A stretch of DNA of 64,000 nucleotides, taken from the IMG/VR virus record IMGVR_UViG_3300049794_000047; one strand, given 5' to 3'. Shown piece after piece: positions 49,995-60,186 of the stretch. The notes beneath the pieces were generated by a model. The model had not been told where the DNA came from. It worked only from the letters and a program-made list of their open reading frames with translations, and did no database searches. Each line of letters starts with the position of its first letter. The stretch's first letter is position 1. The DNA is from a virus (lineage: Duplodnaviria > Caudoviricetes). The translations under genes were made by a program, and so were the position numbers.

Positions 49995-50546
49995 ATGCCC
50001 ACAAAGTTGGAACACCTGCGGGCACTCTCCCGACGCTGCCGCGACTTCGGCGGCAGACTCATGATTGTTTCGCTGCCCGAGTTCGAGTCTTTGGTCGATG
50101 CGGCAGACGACGCGGCAGACGACGCGGCAGACGACGCGGCAGACGACGCGGAATTTAGCGAGTCCCCATCCACAGCGTTTCACGGTCTGTGGTGGAGCAG
50201 GAAGATCGTCTATGCGGCGCGCGGACACGAGAAGATTGGCACCGTCATCCATGAAATGGGTCACGTGTTCGCCGCTCCGCACCACCCCAACCATCCATGT
50301 AACCATTCATGTAGCATGTGCCTCGAGTGGAACTGGCTCGGATGGGAAATTGCACTCGCGCGCCAGGTCAACGCCTATCGAACATGGTCTCGGCAAAACG
50401 CCGACTACCTAACCGGCGATAGGAGGGGCGAAGAGTGGGGGAAGATCTCGTCCGCACAACGCTGCGCCATCGTTGCTGATCGCCTTGTCCATGCGAAAAA
50501 GACCGGCATCCTTGACGCGAAGGGAGCCCCCAGGAGTATCCGATGA
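49995..50546 (+). CDS. Hypothetical protein with HExxH motif and DAAD 12-bp repeats
   Basis: VIHEMGHVF; GACGACGCGGCA about 4 times. Confidence 0.55.
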   Translation: MPTKLEHLRALSRRCRDFGGRLMIVSLPEFESLVDAADDAADDAADDAADDAEFSESPSTAFHGLWWSRKIVYAARGHEKIGTVIHEMGHVFAAPHHPNHPCNHSCSMCLEWNWLGWEIALARQVNAYRTWSRQNADYLTGDRRGEEWGKISSAQRCAIVADRLVHAKKTGILDAKGAPRSIR

Positions 50547-51168
50547 AGAAGGATCACTAGATGTCGCACCACCACTGCCCCCCCTCGCGGCGCGGACATT
50601 CATGGCAGACACTTCCACGCGTCCCGCTGTCCAAGGGGCCCCCGACGCTTCGTGATCTCGAGTTGCGCACGTGCACACGATGCGGAGCCCTCGGTCGTGT
50701 CAGCAACCAGGGAGTGATTCACCTCGTGGAGACACCGTGAACCCAAAAGCCGTCGACTGGAAAACCTTCACGTGCGGCTCGATCATGACCACCACCTCAC
50801 GGACTGCGAGCTCACCCGCGCCAGAACCCCCTGACACAACGCTCGCGCTCTCCGAGCGCGCTCGCGCGTTATGGATGCACATGACCCGCCACAACACCTG
50901 CGACCAGTTCTGCAGGACCAAGGAACCACCATGAGCGCAGACAACCAAGCACCTCCTGATCGGCCCCGAAAAGGGGGCGAAGCTCCGCGCCGCGGGATTC
51001 CTCGTCGAAAATGACGTAGAAACAACGTGCGACTGACGCCGAAAAACGTCAGCGCCCTTCTCGAGACTACACTCGGTGCCGGGTCGCCCTGAATCCCTAC
51101 GGCTTGGAGCTACGGCCCAACTACTACACCAGCGCACACACCGCCCCCGCGCCAGGAGAACCTAACCC

Positions 51169-51426
51169 ATGCGTCTTTACGTACTGTTCGCACAGCGTCG
51201 TGAGTCATACTCCGGTGAATTCGCGCCCGAGGCGCTCGAATCGGTAACCGAGTTCCAGATCGAAGAGAACCCTCACCTGCTACCAGGTCTCCTACATGAG
51301 CACCAGGTCAAGCTCGGAAACGAAATCGAAGCGATCAACTGGGTCTCACTGGAGGTCGATGCCAGCGCGGTCAAAGCCAAGATCATCCCCCACCAGCGCT
51401 CACTCAAGGCGCCGGTGGTGCCGTAA
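51169..51426 (+). CDS. Hypothetical protein
   Basis: AGGAG RBS; its TAA stop is the MITE target. Confidence 0.6.
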   Translation: MRLYVLFAQRRESYSGEFAPEALESVTEFQIEENPHLLPGLLHEHQVKLGNEIEAINWVSLEVDASAVKAKIIPHQRSLKAPVVP

Positions 51427-51512
51427 GGGGCTGGACTTTATTAACTTGGTCATTTGACTGATTTTCGGACGAAGATCCACCCGAAATGACCAGGTTATTT
51501 CGTTCCAGCCCC
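51427..51512 (-). mobile_element. MITE family A, copy 6
   Basis: TAA duplicated; identical to copy 7. Confidence 0.9.
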
Positions 51513-51894
51513 TAAGTAAGACACAAGCATCGGCCTTGACGCGCGCCTCTCCCCCGTAGGCCCCAAAGGAACCTCCGAGATGAGTGAACAACCGCAAACC
51601 AACACAGCTGCCGACGACCTGAAACTCATCCGGCTCAACAGCCGCGGGACCCATGAGCCCGACAATCTCCACGCCGCCGACTACCCCTACAAGCTTGTCG
51701 TGCATCTCAGCCCTCCAGAATTTATGCAGGTCGCCTTCATCCTGCTGCACGGCGGAAGTGAAGAACTGATCGTGCGTGGCAAGACCCGCGATGCCCTCGA
51801 CCGCTTCATCACGAAGAACGCCCTCACACAACACCCCGCGCCTGCGCAGTATGACGATCACAGCTCCCAACGGGGCTGCAGAAGAGATCCGCCG

Positions 51895-53415
51895 GTGATT
51901 GACAACAGTGGACCGTGGCCGCGGCTGACTCCAACAGCGATCGACCTAGCCAGTCCCTTCGCCTCGTTCATGGGGCAAGATGAACTTTCTATCGAGCTCT
52001 CGGACGACCTGGCCATCCCCCACGCGACCCAGCTGACGGTCGACCCGCCAACCTCGCTTGTGCGCCGCGACAGCCTCCAAGAGTTGCTCCCCGGTACGAT
52101 CGTGGGCGAGAACTACGAGGTCGGAGAGAGACTCGGCGCTGGAGCAATGGGAGAGGTTTACGCAGCGCTCCACATAGGGCTCGGCAAGCACGTCGCAATC
52201 AAGGTGATCGCCCAGCGCCTCTCGAAGGATGTCCGCTCAATCGGACGCTTCGTCACGGAGGCCCGAACACTCGCGCAGATCCAGCATCCCGCCATCGTCA
52301 CGGTGGAGCACTTCGGGAAATTGCCAGACGGTCGCGTCTACTTCGTGATGGAACACCTGCGCGGAGAAGCACTGTCCGAGCGGCTAGCACGTGGACGCAT
52401 CCCCCTTTGCGAAGCACTGCACATCCTCGACCAGATGGCACGCGGACTCGAGGCCGCACACGGCAGCGGCGTCATCCACCGTGATCTCAAACCCGACAAT
52501 ACGTTCCTGGTCCAGCTTGCCGGGGAAAGACCCGCCGTCAAGCTTCTCGACTTCGGGCTCGCCAAACTTGCCACCAAGCGCGCGGAGAACAGCAGCGTGC
52601 CTCGGGCACCACTGTACACCAAGCGCGCGGAGAACGGCGCCGAGCCCCGCGCACCATTGCCCTCGGAGAGCGGTACCGCGATCAGCACATCGCTGTACAC
52701 CGAGCACACCGAACACTCCGAGCACACCGAGCACTCGGAGAACAGCGTCGCGATCGACACATCGCTGTACACCGAGCACTCGGAGAGCGGTGTCACGATC
52801 GGCACACCGCTATACATGTCCCCCGAGCAGGCGCATGGCTTCAACGTCGATCACCGCACTGACATCTACGCGCTCGGCTGTGTCGCCTACGAGTTGGTAC
52901 TCGGCGTCCGGCCCTTCCCGCAGGCACAGACGGCGCCCGAGATTTATGCGGCGCACCTCCATGAATCCCCTCCCGTGCCGCGATCGATCTGGCCAGAGAT
53001 CCCGCCACATCTTGACCGCTTACTGTTCGCGATGCTCGCCAAAGATCGGGCACACCGGCCAACGCTTGCGCAGGTCCGATCCGTCGTCACGGGCCTCCGC
53101 ACATCCACATTCCAGCAAACCGCGACGGCACCCCTCAAGCCACACGCGCTGAAGAAGAGGCCGAGGGTGGCGGCAGTTTTTGCGTTCATGCTCGGTGCTC
53201 TGGTCACCGGAACCACACTCGGCGCCGCCATCGGTACCACGATCAACGCCAAGAGCAAGGACACCCAGCCCAGGCTCCTCACCCCAATCCAGTCCCCTCC
53301 ACCCGTGTTCCCAGCACCTTCACCCACTCCAAGCGAGTACGCCAAGCAGCCGCAACCCCAAAACACGAGCAGCGCCAAATCCTTGCCGGCCCGTGCTTGC
53401 ACGCACTGTGAATAG
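51895..53415 (+). CDS. Hanks-type Ser/Thr protein kinase with C-terminal hydrophobic helix
   Basis: LGAGAMGEVY, VAIK, HRDLKPDN, DFG, GTPLYMSPEQ, DIYALG; probable GTG start at 51895. Confidence 0.92.
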   Translation: MIDNSGPWPRLTPTAIDLASPFASFMGQDELSIELSDDLAIPHATQLTVDPPTSLVRRDSLQELLPGTIVGENYEVGERLGAGAMGEVYAALHIGLGKHVAIKVIAQRLSKDVRSIGRFVTEARTLAQIQHPAIVTVEHFGKLPDGRVYFVMEHLRGEALSERLARGRIPLCEALHILDQMARGLEAAHGSGVIHRDLKPDNTFLVQLAGERPAVKLLDFGLAKLATKRAENSSVPRAPLYTKRAENGAEPRAPLPSESGTAISTSLYTEHTEHSEHTEHSENSVAIDTSLYTEHSESGVTIGTPLYMSPEQAHGFNVDHRTDIYALGCVAYELVLGVRPFPQAQTAPEIYAAHLHESPPVPRSIWPEIPPHLDRLLFAMLAKDRAHRPTLAQVRSVVTGLRTSTFQQTATAPLKPHALKKRPRVAAVFAFMLGALVTGTTLGAAIGTTINAKSKDTQPRLLTPIQSPPPVFPAPSPTPSEYAKQPQPQNTSSAKSLPARACTHCE

Positions 53416-53462
53416 GCTACTCTCCACGACGGAAGAAATAAAAGGCAGCCGCCAGAGACCTC

Positions 53463-54458
53463 ATGACGACAAAAGATGCCAAGCACGAGGACCAGGGAAT
53501 CCGGATCGTCGGCCAAGACCGCCAGGAGATCACGGAGGTCAGGCAGTGGAACCGACTGCTCAGACACCTCCTGCAGCCGATCGATCTCCACGACCCCGTC
53601 CGCGACCCCGTCCAAGTTGAGATCGCGGCGGACGACGGGCTGCTGTGTGTATGGGCCGCCGAGGGTGAAGTTCTCGCCCAATTCCCTCATGACGCTCCCC
53701 ACGAGGCCCGGCAGTACCTGTCCAAGTTAAGCAACCAGTCGAACTGTCAGCTCTGGCTCCGGAGCCGGAATGCCCGCGGCACCATCGTCCACACCTACGC
53801 GTTACAAGTCGAGTGTCTCCGGCACGGTGAACGGGACCACAACCTGGCACGAGAAACGACGCTCGATGCCGTCGTTGACGCGCTCCGGCGCTGCACCCCG
53901 ATCCACGAAGAGGACGTTGAGCGAATTGCCGAGGTCCTTTGGGAAAGCCTCGACCCGATCGTCACGCGCGCCTATGACGAAGATCCGCGGCAGACTATGG
54001 CCGAAATACAGCGCGACCTGAGGGTGCAGAGCGAGGGCATTCGCCACCGTGCCGCACAGTTCGCCACCGCCGCCGCGCGCGCCGAGCACCTTGGCCTCGA
54101 CGAGATCATCGCGAAGATGCAGGCTCGTTACGACGCGGCCGTCAAGAGCGAGCCAAACGCGAACACCTTCGAGGCTCATATGGATCGTTCCCTCCGCATC
54201 GACGAGGACGTTGGGCGCGAAAACGGCCCGACTGTCCCGCGTGCCTACGACCGGAGCGGGCTCTCTGCGGCGGCGGTGACCGCCGCAGCACGCAACATCG
54301 GCCTCGACCTGACGTGCGGTGCGTGTGCCTCCGTGTACTTCACGGGGATCCGCGACGCCGGAGAGCACACGTCGGCGTGTGCCTCAATCCCAGCGCTTCG
54401 TGCCCGGATCGATGGCCGCGCCACGGCCACCAACGATCATCCGCGCCCGGAGCGTTAA
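53463..54458 (+). CDS. Hypothetical protein
   Basis: 331-aa ORF; C-terminal CGAC...H. Confidence 0.6.
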   Translation: MTTKDAKHEDQGIRIVGQDRQEITEVRQWNRLLRHLLQPIDLHDPVRDPVQVEIAADDGLLCVWAAEGEVLAQFPHDAPHEARQYLSKLSNQSNCQLWLRSRNARGTIVHTYALQVECLRHGERDHNLARETTLDAVVDALRRCTPIHEEDVERIAEVLWESLDPIVTRAYDEDPRQTMAEIQRDLRVQSEGIRHRAAQFATAAARAEHLGLDEIIAKMQARYDAAVKSEPNANTFEAHMDRSLRIDEDVGRENGPTVPRAYDRSGLSAAAVTAAARNIGLDLTCGACASVYFTGIRDAGEHTSACASIPALRARIDGRATATNDHPRPER

Positions 54459-55444
54459 CATGACTGACGTGCCCGGAGCGTCAAGCTGGACTCTATCGTC
54501 GCCAGGCAGCCCCGCGCAGGACGGAATGAACCGATGATTATTGACTGGACCGAGACGATCTCGCAGTTGGTACACGTGGATGTCGAGCGCCGAACGATCG
54601 ACGCGACCAAATGGTTGTCGACGCTACCCGTCTGGTACCGTGCAGCTGCCGCGGGCATCGTGTGTCACTGGGCCCGCATCCTCGAGCTTCCCGTCGTGCG
54701 GGCAGGCACCGCCGCGGAATGGATCCTGGACATTCGTCGGGCAGCAAAGCTCCTGACGCCCCCCTGCGTCAGCCAGGCGCGAGCGCGCGGCATCATCGAG
54801 TGGCGACACCCCGCGGATAGGCTGTCGAACGACCCGACATACGGCATGTGCTGGGCAGACAAGGTCGACGGCACGTACTTGTGCTGGACAGGTCTCACGA
54901 ACCTGGAATGCCTGGGCGGGTACCTCACGACGCGGCACCTCACAGATGTTACGCCATTGGGCGTCGCCGCGGAGGATATTGTCGCCTATGTTCATTACCA
55001 GTGCGCGATTCGCGGTCACAGCCAGGCGCTATAACAACCAACGGCGTCGCGCCAGCACCCGCGACAACGCCGGCCGTGCCCACAAGGGAGCAAGACGAAG
55101 TGAGCAGACAACTGAAACCCGGTCCCAAGCCACGCCCCAAACTCCCGGTGCCTCTCACTGAACGCGAAAACACTCGTGTAATGAGACCGGCAGGCGCGCG
55201 CTGCGCGCTGTGTCAACTCTCCGCAGGAGACGACGACCGAGGTGTGATACAGGTGACCATCATGTACGGCGGCCACACGTACGGCGACGAGGGTAACGAG
55301 CTGACGTCGCTCTGGAAGCACCTGTACCTGTGCGACCCATGCGTCAAGGTGATCCAGGGACAGGGCTAGACATGAGTAACCACACGCGCGCCGGCAGCGG
55401 GTGCTTCAGGGAACCGGCAGCGAGCGGGCGCTTCAGGGAACAAC

Positions 55445-55830
55445 ATGACTAAGGGGCTGGACTTTATTAACTTGGTCATTTGACTGATTTTCGGACGAAG
55501 ATCCACCCGAAATGACCAGGTTATTTCGTTCCAGCCCCTAAGTATCGTCACCTCTACAACGAAAACGCGCGCCTCCACAGGGCGCTTGTCGAGGCAAACA
55601 CCGAAATCGAGGCGCTGAAGTCTGATCGTGGTTATCAGGTACTACTGGACAACTCGCCTGACGAGCACGACGCGACTAACGGGGGCGCCGTAGACTTCGA
55701 GTCGTCGTGGTGGCCGGGGCTCATCGCGAGGTTGAACCATCTGCACAAGAGCTTGGTCGCTAAGCCCAAGGAATTACGGATGGGCTCCATCCGGAGGGCA
55801 TCCTCAACGCATACCGTGAGGGCGACTTGA
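55445..55830 (+). pseudogene. Small gene disrupted near its start by MITE copy 7
   Basis: Removing the MITE gives MTKYRHLYNENARLHRALVEANTEIEALK... Confidence 0.6.
55453..55538 (-). mobile_element. MITE family A, copy 7
   Basis: TAA duplicated at 55450 and 55539. Confidence 0.9.
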
Positions 55831-56094
55831 ACTTTGATGAGGCGCGTGACATCCTGAGCTCAGTGGAATTTTCAGCTGTCTGTGCCGAGCTCCGCCGCGT
55901 ACGAACGACGAATATTACCTAGTGACAGCCTCCAATGCTTGATCCAACAACCTGTCAAGGCGCCGAGCGTGCCTATTCAGATGCACGCGCGATCAAGTAC
56001 GTCGCGTCGCAGTCGCAGCAGAGCGCGAGCAGCGTCGTGCCACCCCCGCACACGATTTTCACGCGCCGCTGGTGAAATACTGAAAGGGCACTCG

Positions 56095-56925
56095 ATGGCG
56101 AACAACCGCATGAGCTTGATCAATACCGCAACGGGACAATGCGTGCTCCTCGCAACGCATCTCGCGACCAAGTGGCGAGCCCTCGCGGGCATCGAGGACA
56201 AGCTTGATCTCACGTTCACTGCTGAACTTGCGGAGTTTCCAGCCGCGTGGGGATCTACGGCGTGGCGCATCGAGTACGAAACCGACGAGCCTGTCCTCGA
56301 CGAAGAGTTACGAAGGACGGTGGAAAAGCATGTCACCCCCGCGCTCGGTGTGACCTCAAATTCAACACGGGACTGGTTCTACGGGGTGCTGCAGACGTAC
56401 GCGGTGTTCTGCAAGTTCGTGCCCGACGCCGCGTCGCGCACTGAGCTAGCCGCGGCAATCGAAGCGTCGCTGCGCGCGTGGTCGCGCGGCGTGGAGCCGA
56501 GCGCCGCGCACCGCGCGACGATCGAAGCATGGGTGGTTCGTGGGGACATCGACGTCATCATCGCACCGGCCCTCGTGGCGCTGTTCGAGCAGATCGAGGT
56601 GGGAGGGCGACCGGCGCTGGTTACCGGCACCAACGTACCCCTTGACCGCCTCGACCGCCTGCAGCGACGGATCCTGGAGATTTGGGCGGACGCGCTGCGC
56701 CAGCCCCTTCCCGGAGTGACCGAAAGCGCGGCCCGAGCAGGCCAGCAGATGGCCGACGAGCTCGTCCGGGCAAGCGAGGGACGAGCGCTGACAGACGACG
56801 ATCTCGATAGCCTAGAAGCGTTGGCCGTCGGGGAAGGTCCGCGCGGGAGAGCACTGCGCCGAGCACTCGAAGTGTGCGAAGGACAGATAGCGCGGACCAT
56901 GCTTATAGAGTCGTACGAATTTTGA
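56095..56925 (+). CDS. Hypothetical protein
   Basis: MANNRM start; protein-like composition. Confidence 0.6.
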   Translation: MANNRMSLINTATGQCVLLATHLATKWRALAGIEDKLDLTFTAELAEFPAAWGSTAWRIEYETDEPVLDEELRRTVEKHVTPALGVTSNSTRDWFYGVLQTYAVFCKFVPDAASRTELAAAIEASLRAWSRGVEPSAAHRATIEAWVVRGDIDVIIAPALVALFEQIEVGGRPALVTGTNVPLDRLDRLQRRILEIWADALRQPLPGVTESAARAGQQMADELVRASEGRALTDDDLDSLEALAVGEGPRGRALRRALEVCEGQIARTMLIESYEF

Positions 56926-57160
56926 GTGACGACTCCAAGACTTTCTTTCTCCGCAGGCCTTGGTCGCCGACAGCGCCGATCCAACGAGGCAGCAGGGTAA
57001 CAGTCAGGGACCCCCTCCAAGGACCGGCCGTGGCCTTCATTCCGATCGGCCCCAAGGGCTCCGCGTGGGACACGTCGGAGTGGCGCGTTGACGAGGTCCC
57101 GATCGACCACCGGCACGTTGACTGCGGTGTCGGGACCCCTCTTCATGCGCGTCACCATGA

Positions 57161-58813
57161 ATGGATCAGGCAACTGTGACAACGTTTGATAAAGAGCCCC
57201 CACCCCTGTTCCAGCACCAACAAAAGCTCCTTGATCAGACATGGGAGCTACCTGCATGGGCAGTCTTCCTACAAACAGGAGTTGGAAAAACGGCCCCGTC
57301 GGTCCATACGGCCGCGCGCCTCTATCAAGCACAACGCATTGATGGAGCAATCGTCGTTGCACCAAACATGGTGCACCGGAACTGGATCACCGATGAAATC
57401 CCGAAGCATTCACCCATCCCCTGGAGGGGGCTTGACTGGCACAGCTCACGAGGCAAGGCGCAGGACCGTGCCCTAGCGAGCTTGCTCGAAACGCCGAAGA
57501 GTACACTGCCCTGGTTCGCGATCACATATGACGGACTTATCACACCCCGGGGCCGTAAGGCCGTTCTCGACTTCCTCATGCGCTTTCCGCGCGCGATACT
57601 GATCGTCGATGAGGGATCTCGCGTCAAGAATCCGGAGGCCCTGCGGACGAAGAAGGTCGCGGCCCTGCGAAAGCTGTCAGCGTACATCCGACTCTTGAAC
57701 GGAACACCCACGACGCAGGCTCCCACTGAGATCTACGCGCAGATGAAGCTACTCGATGACATGTACTGGGTACGCCATGGTATCGGATCGTTCACGTCCT
57801 TCAAGTCGCGGTTTTGCGTGTTCAAAAAAATCACGATCGGCGGCGAGGACGACCGTGAAGCGAACGAGTTGAAGAGCCCCAGGAAGCGAGAGCCCATCGT
57901 CCCCCACGACGCGGATCCCGAGGGCGTCATGGCCTACGAGCAACTGGACCTGGAAGGGCTCCTTGAGACCACTGTGGCACCTCCAGTAAAGCGCCCTTCG
58001 AATCAGCCGGCTACGACGGGCCGAACGATCGAAATCGTCGTCGGCTACCGAGAGCTAGACAAACTTCACGAGATGATCCAGCCGCTGTCAACGCGACTCA
58101 CGAAAGAGCAGGCAGGACTCAATCTTCCACCCAAACTCTATCAACGCCTCGTGTTCGAGCTCGTGCCTGAGCAGCGCCGCGTCTACGATCAACTCCGCAA
58201 GGAGTACATGGTGGAGCTGGACAACGGCGTCCTCGTCACGGCTGCGCTCGCGATGGTTCGGATCCTTCGTCTTCAGCAGGTTGCTTGCGGATACCTGCCG
58301 AATCCGGATGATCCCGAAGGTGAGCCGATCCTTGTTCCGAAGGGAGAGAACCCTCGTCTCGCGGCGTTCATGGATTGGCTCGAAGACATCGGGTCACAGC
58401 AGTGCATTGTCTGGTGCCGTTTCACGCGCGACGTCGATTTGATCACCCGTGCCCTCGGTCCCCCGCGCTGCGTGCGCTTTGACGGCCAAGTAAACGAGAA
58501 GGAGAAGATCAAGGCGCTTGATCTTTTCACCAGCGGCAAGCGCCCGATCTGCGTCGCAAAGGCATCGAGCATGGGCATGGGGCTGACCCTCGTGAACAGC
58601 TCGATCAGCTTCTATTACAGCAACACCTTCTCACTGTTGGAGCGGCTCCAGAGCGAGGATCGCCAGCACCGACCCGGGCAGCACAACCCCGTCACCTACG
58701 TTGATCTCATCGCGGACAAAACGGTGGACGAAAGGATTTTGCAATCGTTGCGTGCAAATGATGAGATGGCCCGGAGAGTCGTTGGTGATGCTTTCCGAGA
58801 GTGGCTGGCATGA
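57161..58813 (+). CDS. SNF2-family helicase/ATPase
   Basis: TGVGKT, IVDEGSRVKN, LNGTP, LRLQQVACG, IVWCRF, GMGLTL, QSEDRQHRPGQ. Confidence 0.92.
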   Translation: MDQATVTTFDKEPPPLFQHQQKLLDQTWELPAWAVFLQTGVGKTAPSVHTAARLYQAQRIDGAIVVAPNMVHRNWITDEIPKHSPIPWRGLDWHSSRGKAQDRALASLLETPKSTLPWFAITYDGLITPRGRKAVLDFLMRFPRAILIVDEGSRVKNPEALRTKKVAALRKLSAYIRLLNGTPTTQAPTEIYAQMKLLDDMYWVRHGIGSFTSFKSRFCVFKKITIGGEDDREANELKSPRKREPIVPHDADPEGVMAYEQLDLEGLLETTVAPPVKRPSNQPATTGRTIEIVVGYRELDKLHEMIQPLSTRLTKEQAGLNLPPKLYQRLVFELVPEQRRVYDQLRKEYMVELDNGVLVTAALAMVRILRLQQVACGYLPNPDDPEGEPILVPKGENPRLAAFMDWLEDIGSQQCIVWCRFTRDVDLITRALGPPRCVRFDGQVNEKEKIKALDLFTSGKRPICVAKASSMGMGLTLVNSSISFYYSNTFSLLERLQSEDRQHRPGQHNPVTYVDLIADKTVDERILQSLRANDEMARRVVGDAFREWLA

Positions 58814-58858
58814 ACAGCGACGCCGGGCACGTTTTCGACGGTCAGCACTGCGCGGACA

Positions 58859-59164
58859 TTGCGGCATCCCCCGCCGGGTCGAACCGCAATGGACCGTGAG
58901 GGATCGGCAACGATGTTCAGCCGCGCGCGGACATTGCAGCATCCCCCGCCGGGTCGAACCGCAATGGACGTCGAGGTCGTGCGCGACACCGTGCGCGTGC
59001 TGCGCGAGGCCGGCACACCGCTACCGCGCCGCGAGATCGCGGCACGGCTCGGGATCCAGCCCTGGGCGGCGACGTACCGGCTCGACAAGGCCGTCGAGCT
59101 GAAGTTCGTCGAGAAGCTCGGCGGCGGACTTTACCGCGTCACCGACGTCGTGCCGGCGCTCTAG
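58859..59164 (+). CDS. Winged-helix HTH protein preceded by a 75-bp duplication
   Basis: VLREAGTPLPRREIAARLGI...VEKLGGGLYRV. Confidence 0.65.
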   Translation: MRHPPPGRTAMDREGSATMFSRARTLQHPPPGRTAMDVEVVRDTVRVLREAGTPLPRREIAARLGIQPWAATYRLDKAVELKFVEKLGGGLYRVTDVVPAL

Positions 59165-59367
59165 TCATGACGGCTCTCCTGCTTTTCTTGACGGCTCTCC
59201 TGACGGGCGCACCGGAGCAGACGCTCAGTGACCCACGCGGACAGCGAGATCCCCGCCCGCGCAGCGGCAGCCAAGAACTCGGTCATGTGGGACTCGGCGA
59301 CGCGCACGCGGAGGTGCGACTCCTTGCGCGCCGCGGCAGGCTTCCGGCGCTTGATGCGATCTGTCAT
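59161..59367 (-). CDS. RHH/HicB-like DNA-binding protein
   Basis: SHLRVRV...FLAAAARAGISLSAWV. Confidence 0.6.
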   Translation of the reverse strand: MTDRIKRRKPAAARKESHLRVRVAESHMTEFLAAAARAGISLSAWVTERLLRCARQESRQEKQESRHD

Positions 59368-59444
59368 GGGCCCCAACGTATTCCGTCTGTGCCCGGCACG
59401 CAAGCACGGGATCGCGGCGCGGATGTCGTACTGATGTATTACGG

Positions 59445-59850
59445 TACCGCCAGAAGGACTGGCGTGCGTACGACGCGAGCCAGGTCCACGAGAAGGAGTA
59501 CGTCGAGCGCCTGCTCCGCGCGCTGTGCGCGGGCGTCCCGCAGCCGGCGAGGACGCCCGGTCCCGGGCGCCGGCCGCTGGCGATCGGCGACGAGGTGTTC
59601 TCGGCGGTGATGAAGATCTACACGCGGCTGCCGTGCCGCCGCGTGGAGTCGGACCTCCGCGACGCCGCCACCCGCGGCCACCTGGGCAGGGGTGGCGCAC
59701 TACACCTCGCTGCAGAAGTTCCTGGCCGACCCAGCGACGACGGGGATCCTGACCACGCTCGTCGAGCAGTCCGCGGCGCCGCTGCAGGTGATCGAGGCAG
59801 GGCAGTACGCGATCGACTCGACGGGCTTCTCGACGGCGGTCTACGTCACG
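59445..59850 (+). pseudogene. Truncated, frameshifted DDE transposase (IS4/IS5-superfamily-like)
   Basis: YRQKDWRAYD.SQ..EK...LLR.LC, GRRP, KIYT...RR..SDL, HYTS, AIDSTGFST (first catalytic Asp), then similarity is lost. Confidence 0.75.
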
Positions 59851-60186
59851 CTGAGCCCCAGCGCGCCAGCGATACTCGAGACGCTCAGGGCCTGGGCAGC
59901 TGGTCATTTCGAGCCCAACGAAGTTGTTCGCCCGCAATTCATCGCATCGACACTCCTGCATGCGGAAGTCTGGAAACGAGGTGCGTGAAAGCGCGGGCCG
60001 CGGCCCGCGCTTGTCGCCAACGCGCTCAAGCAGCGAGATCGCAAGGCTGAGCGAAATCTCGCGGCGTTGCCTCGGAACCAGATCATCCGGCTGCCAGATC
60101 CCGGGACCAAGGTAACGAAATTGGAGCCGTGCCGCCGTTTCGTACCTGACGTGATAGAATCGAGCGAATCAAGTTCTGGAGATCCC

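Noticed and set aside
51580-51898. Novel N-terminal domain fused to the kinase (611-aa ORF)
   Set aside because: Removing one C from CACCCC near 51835 gives a separate gene ending HPRLRSMTITAPNGAAEEIRR* with a GTGA overlap onto the kinase. It is probably a homopolymer indel.
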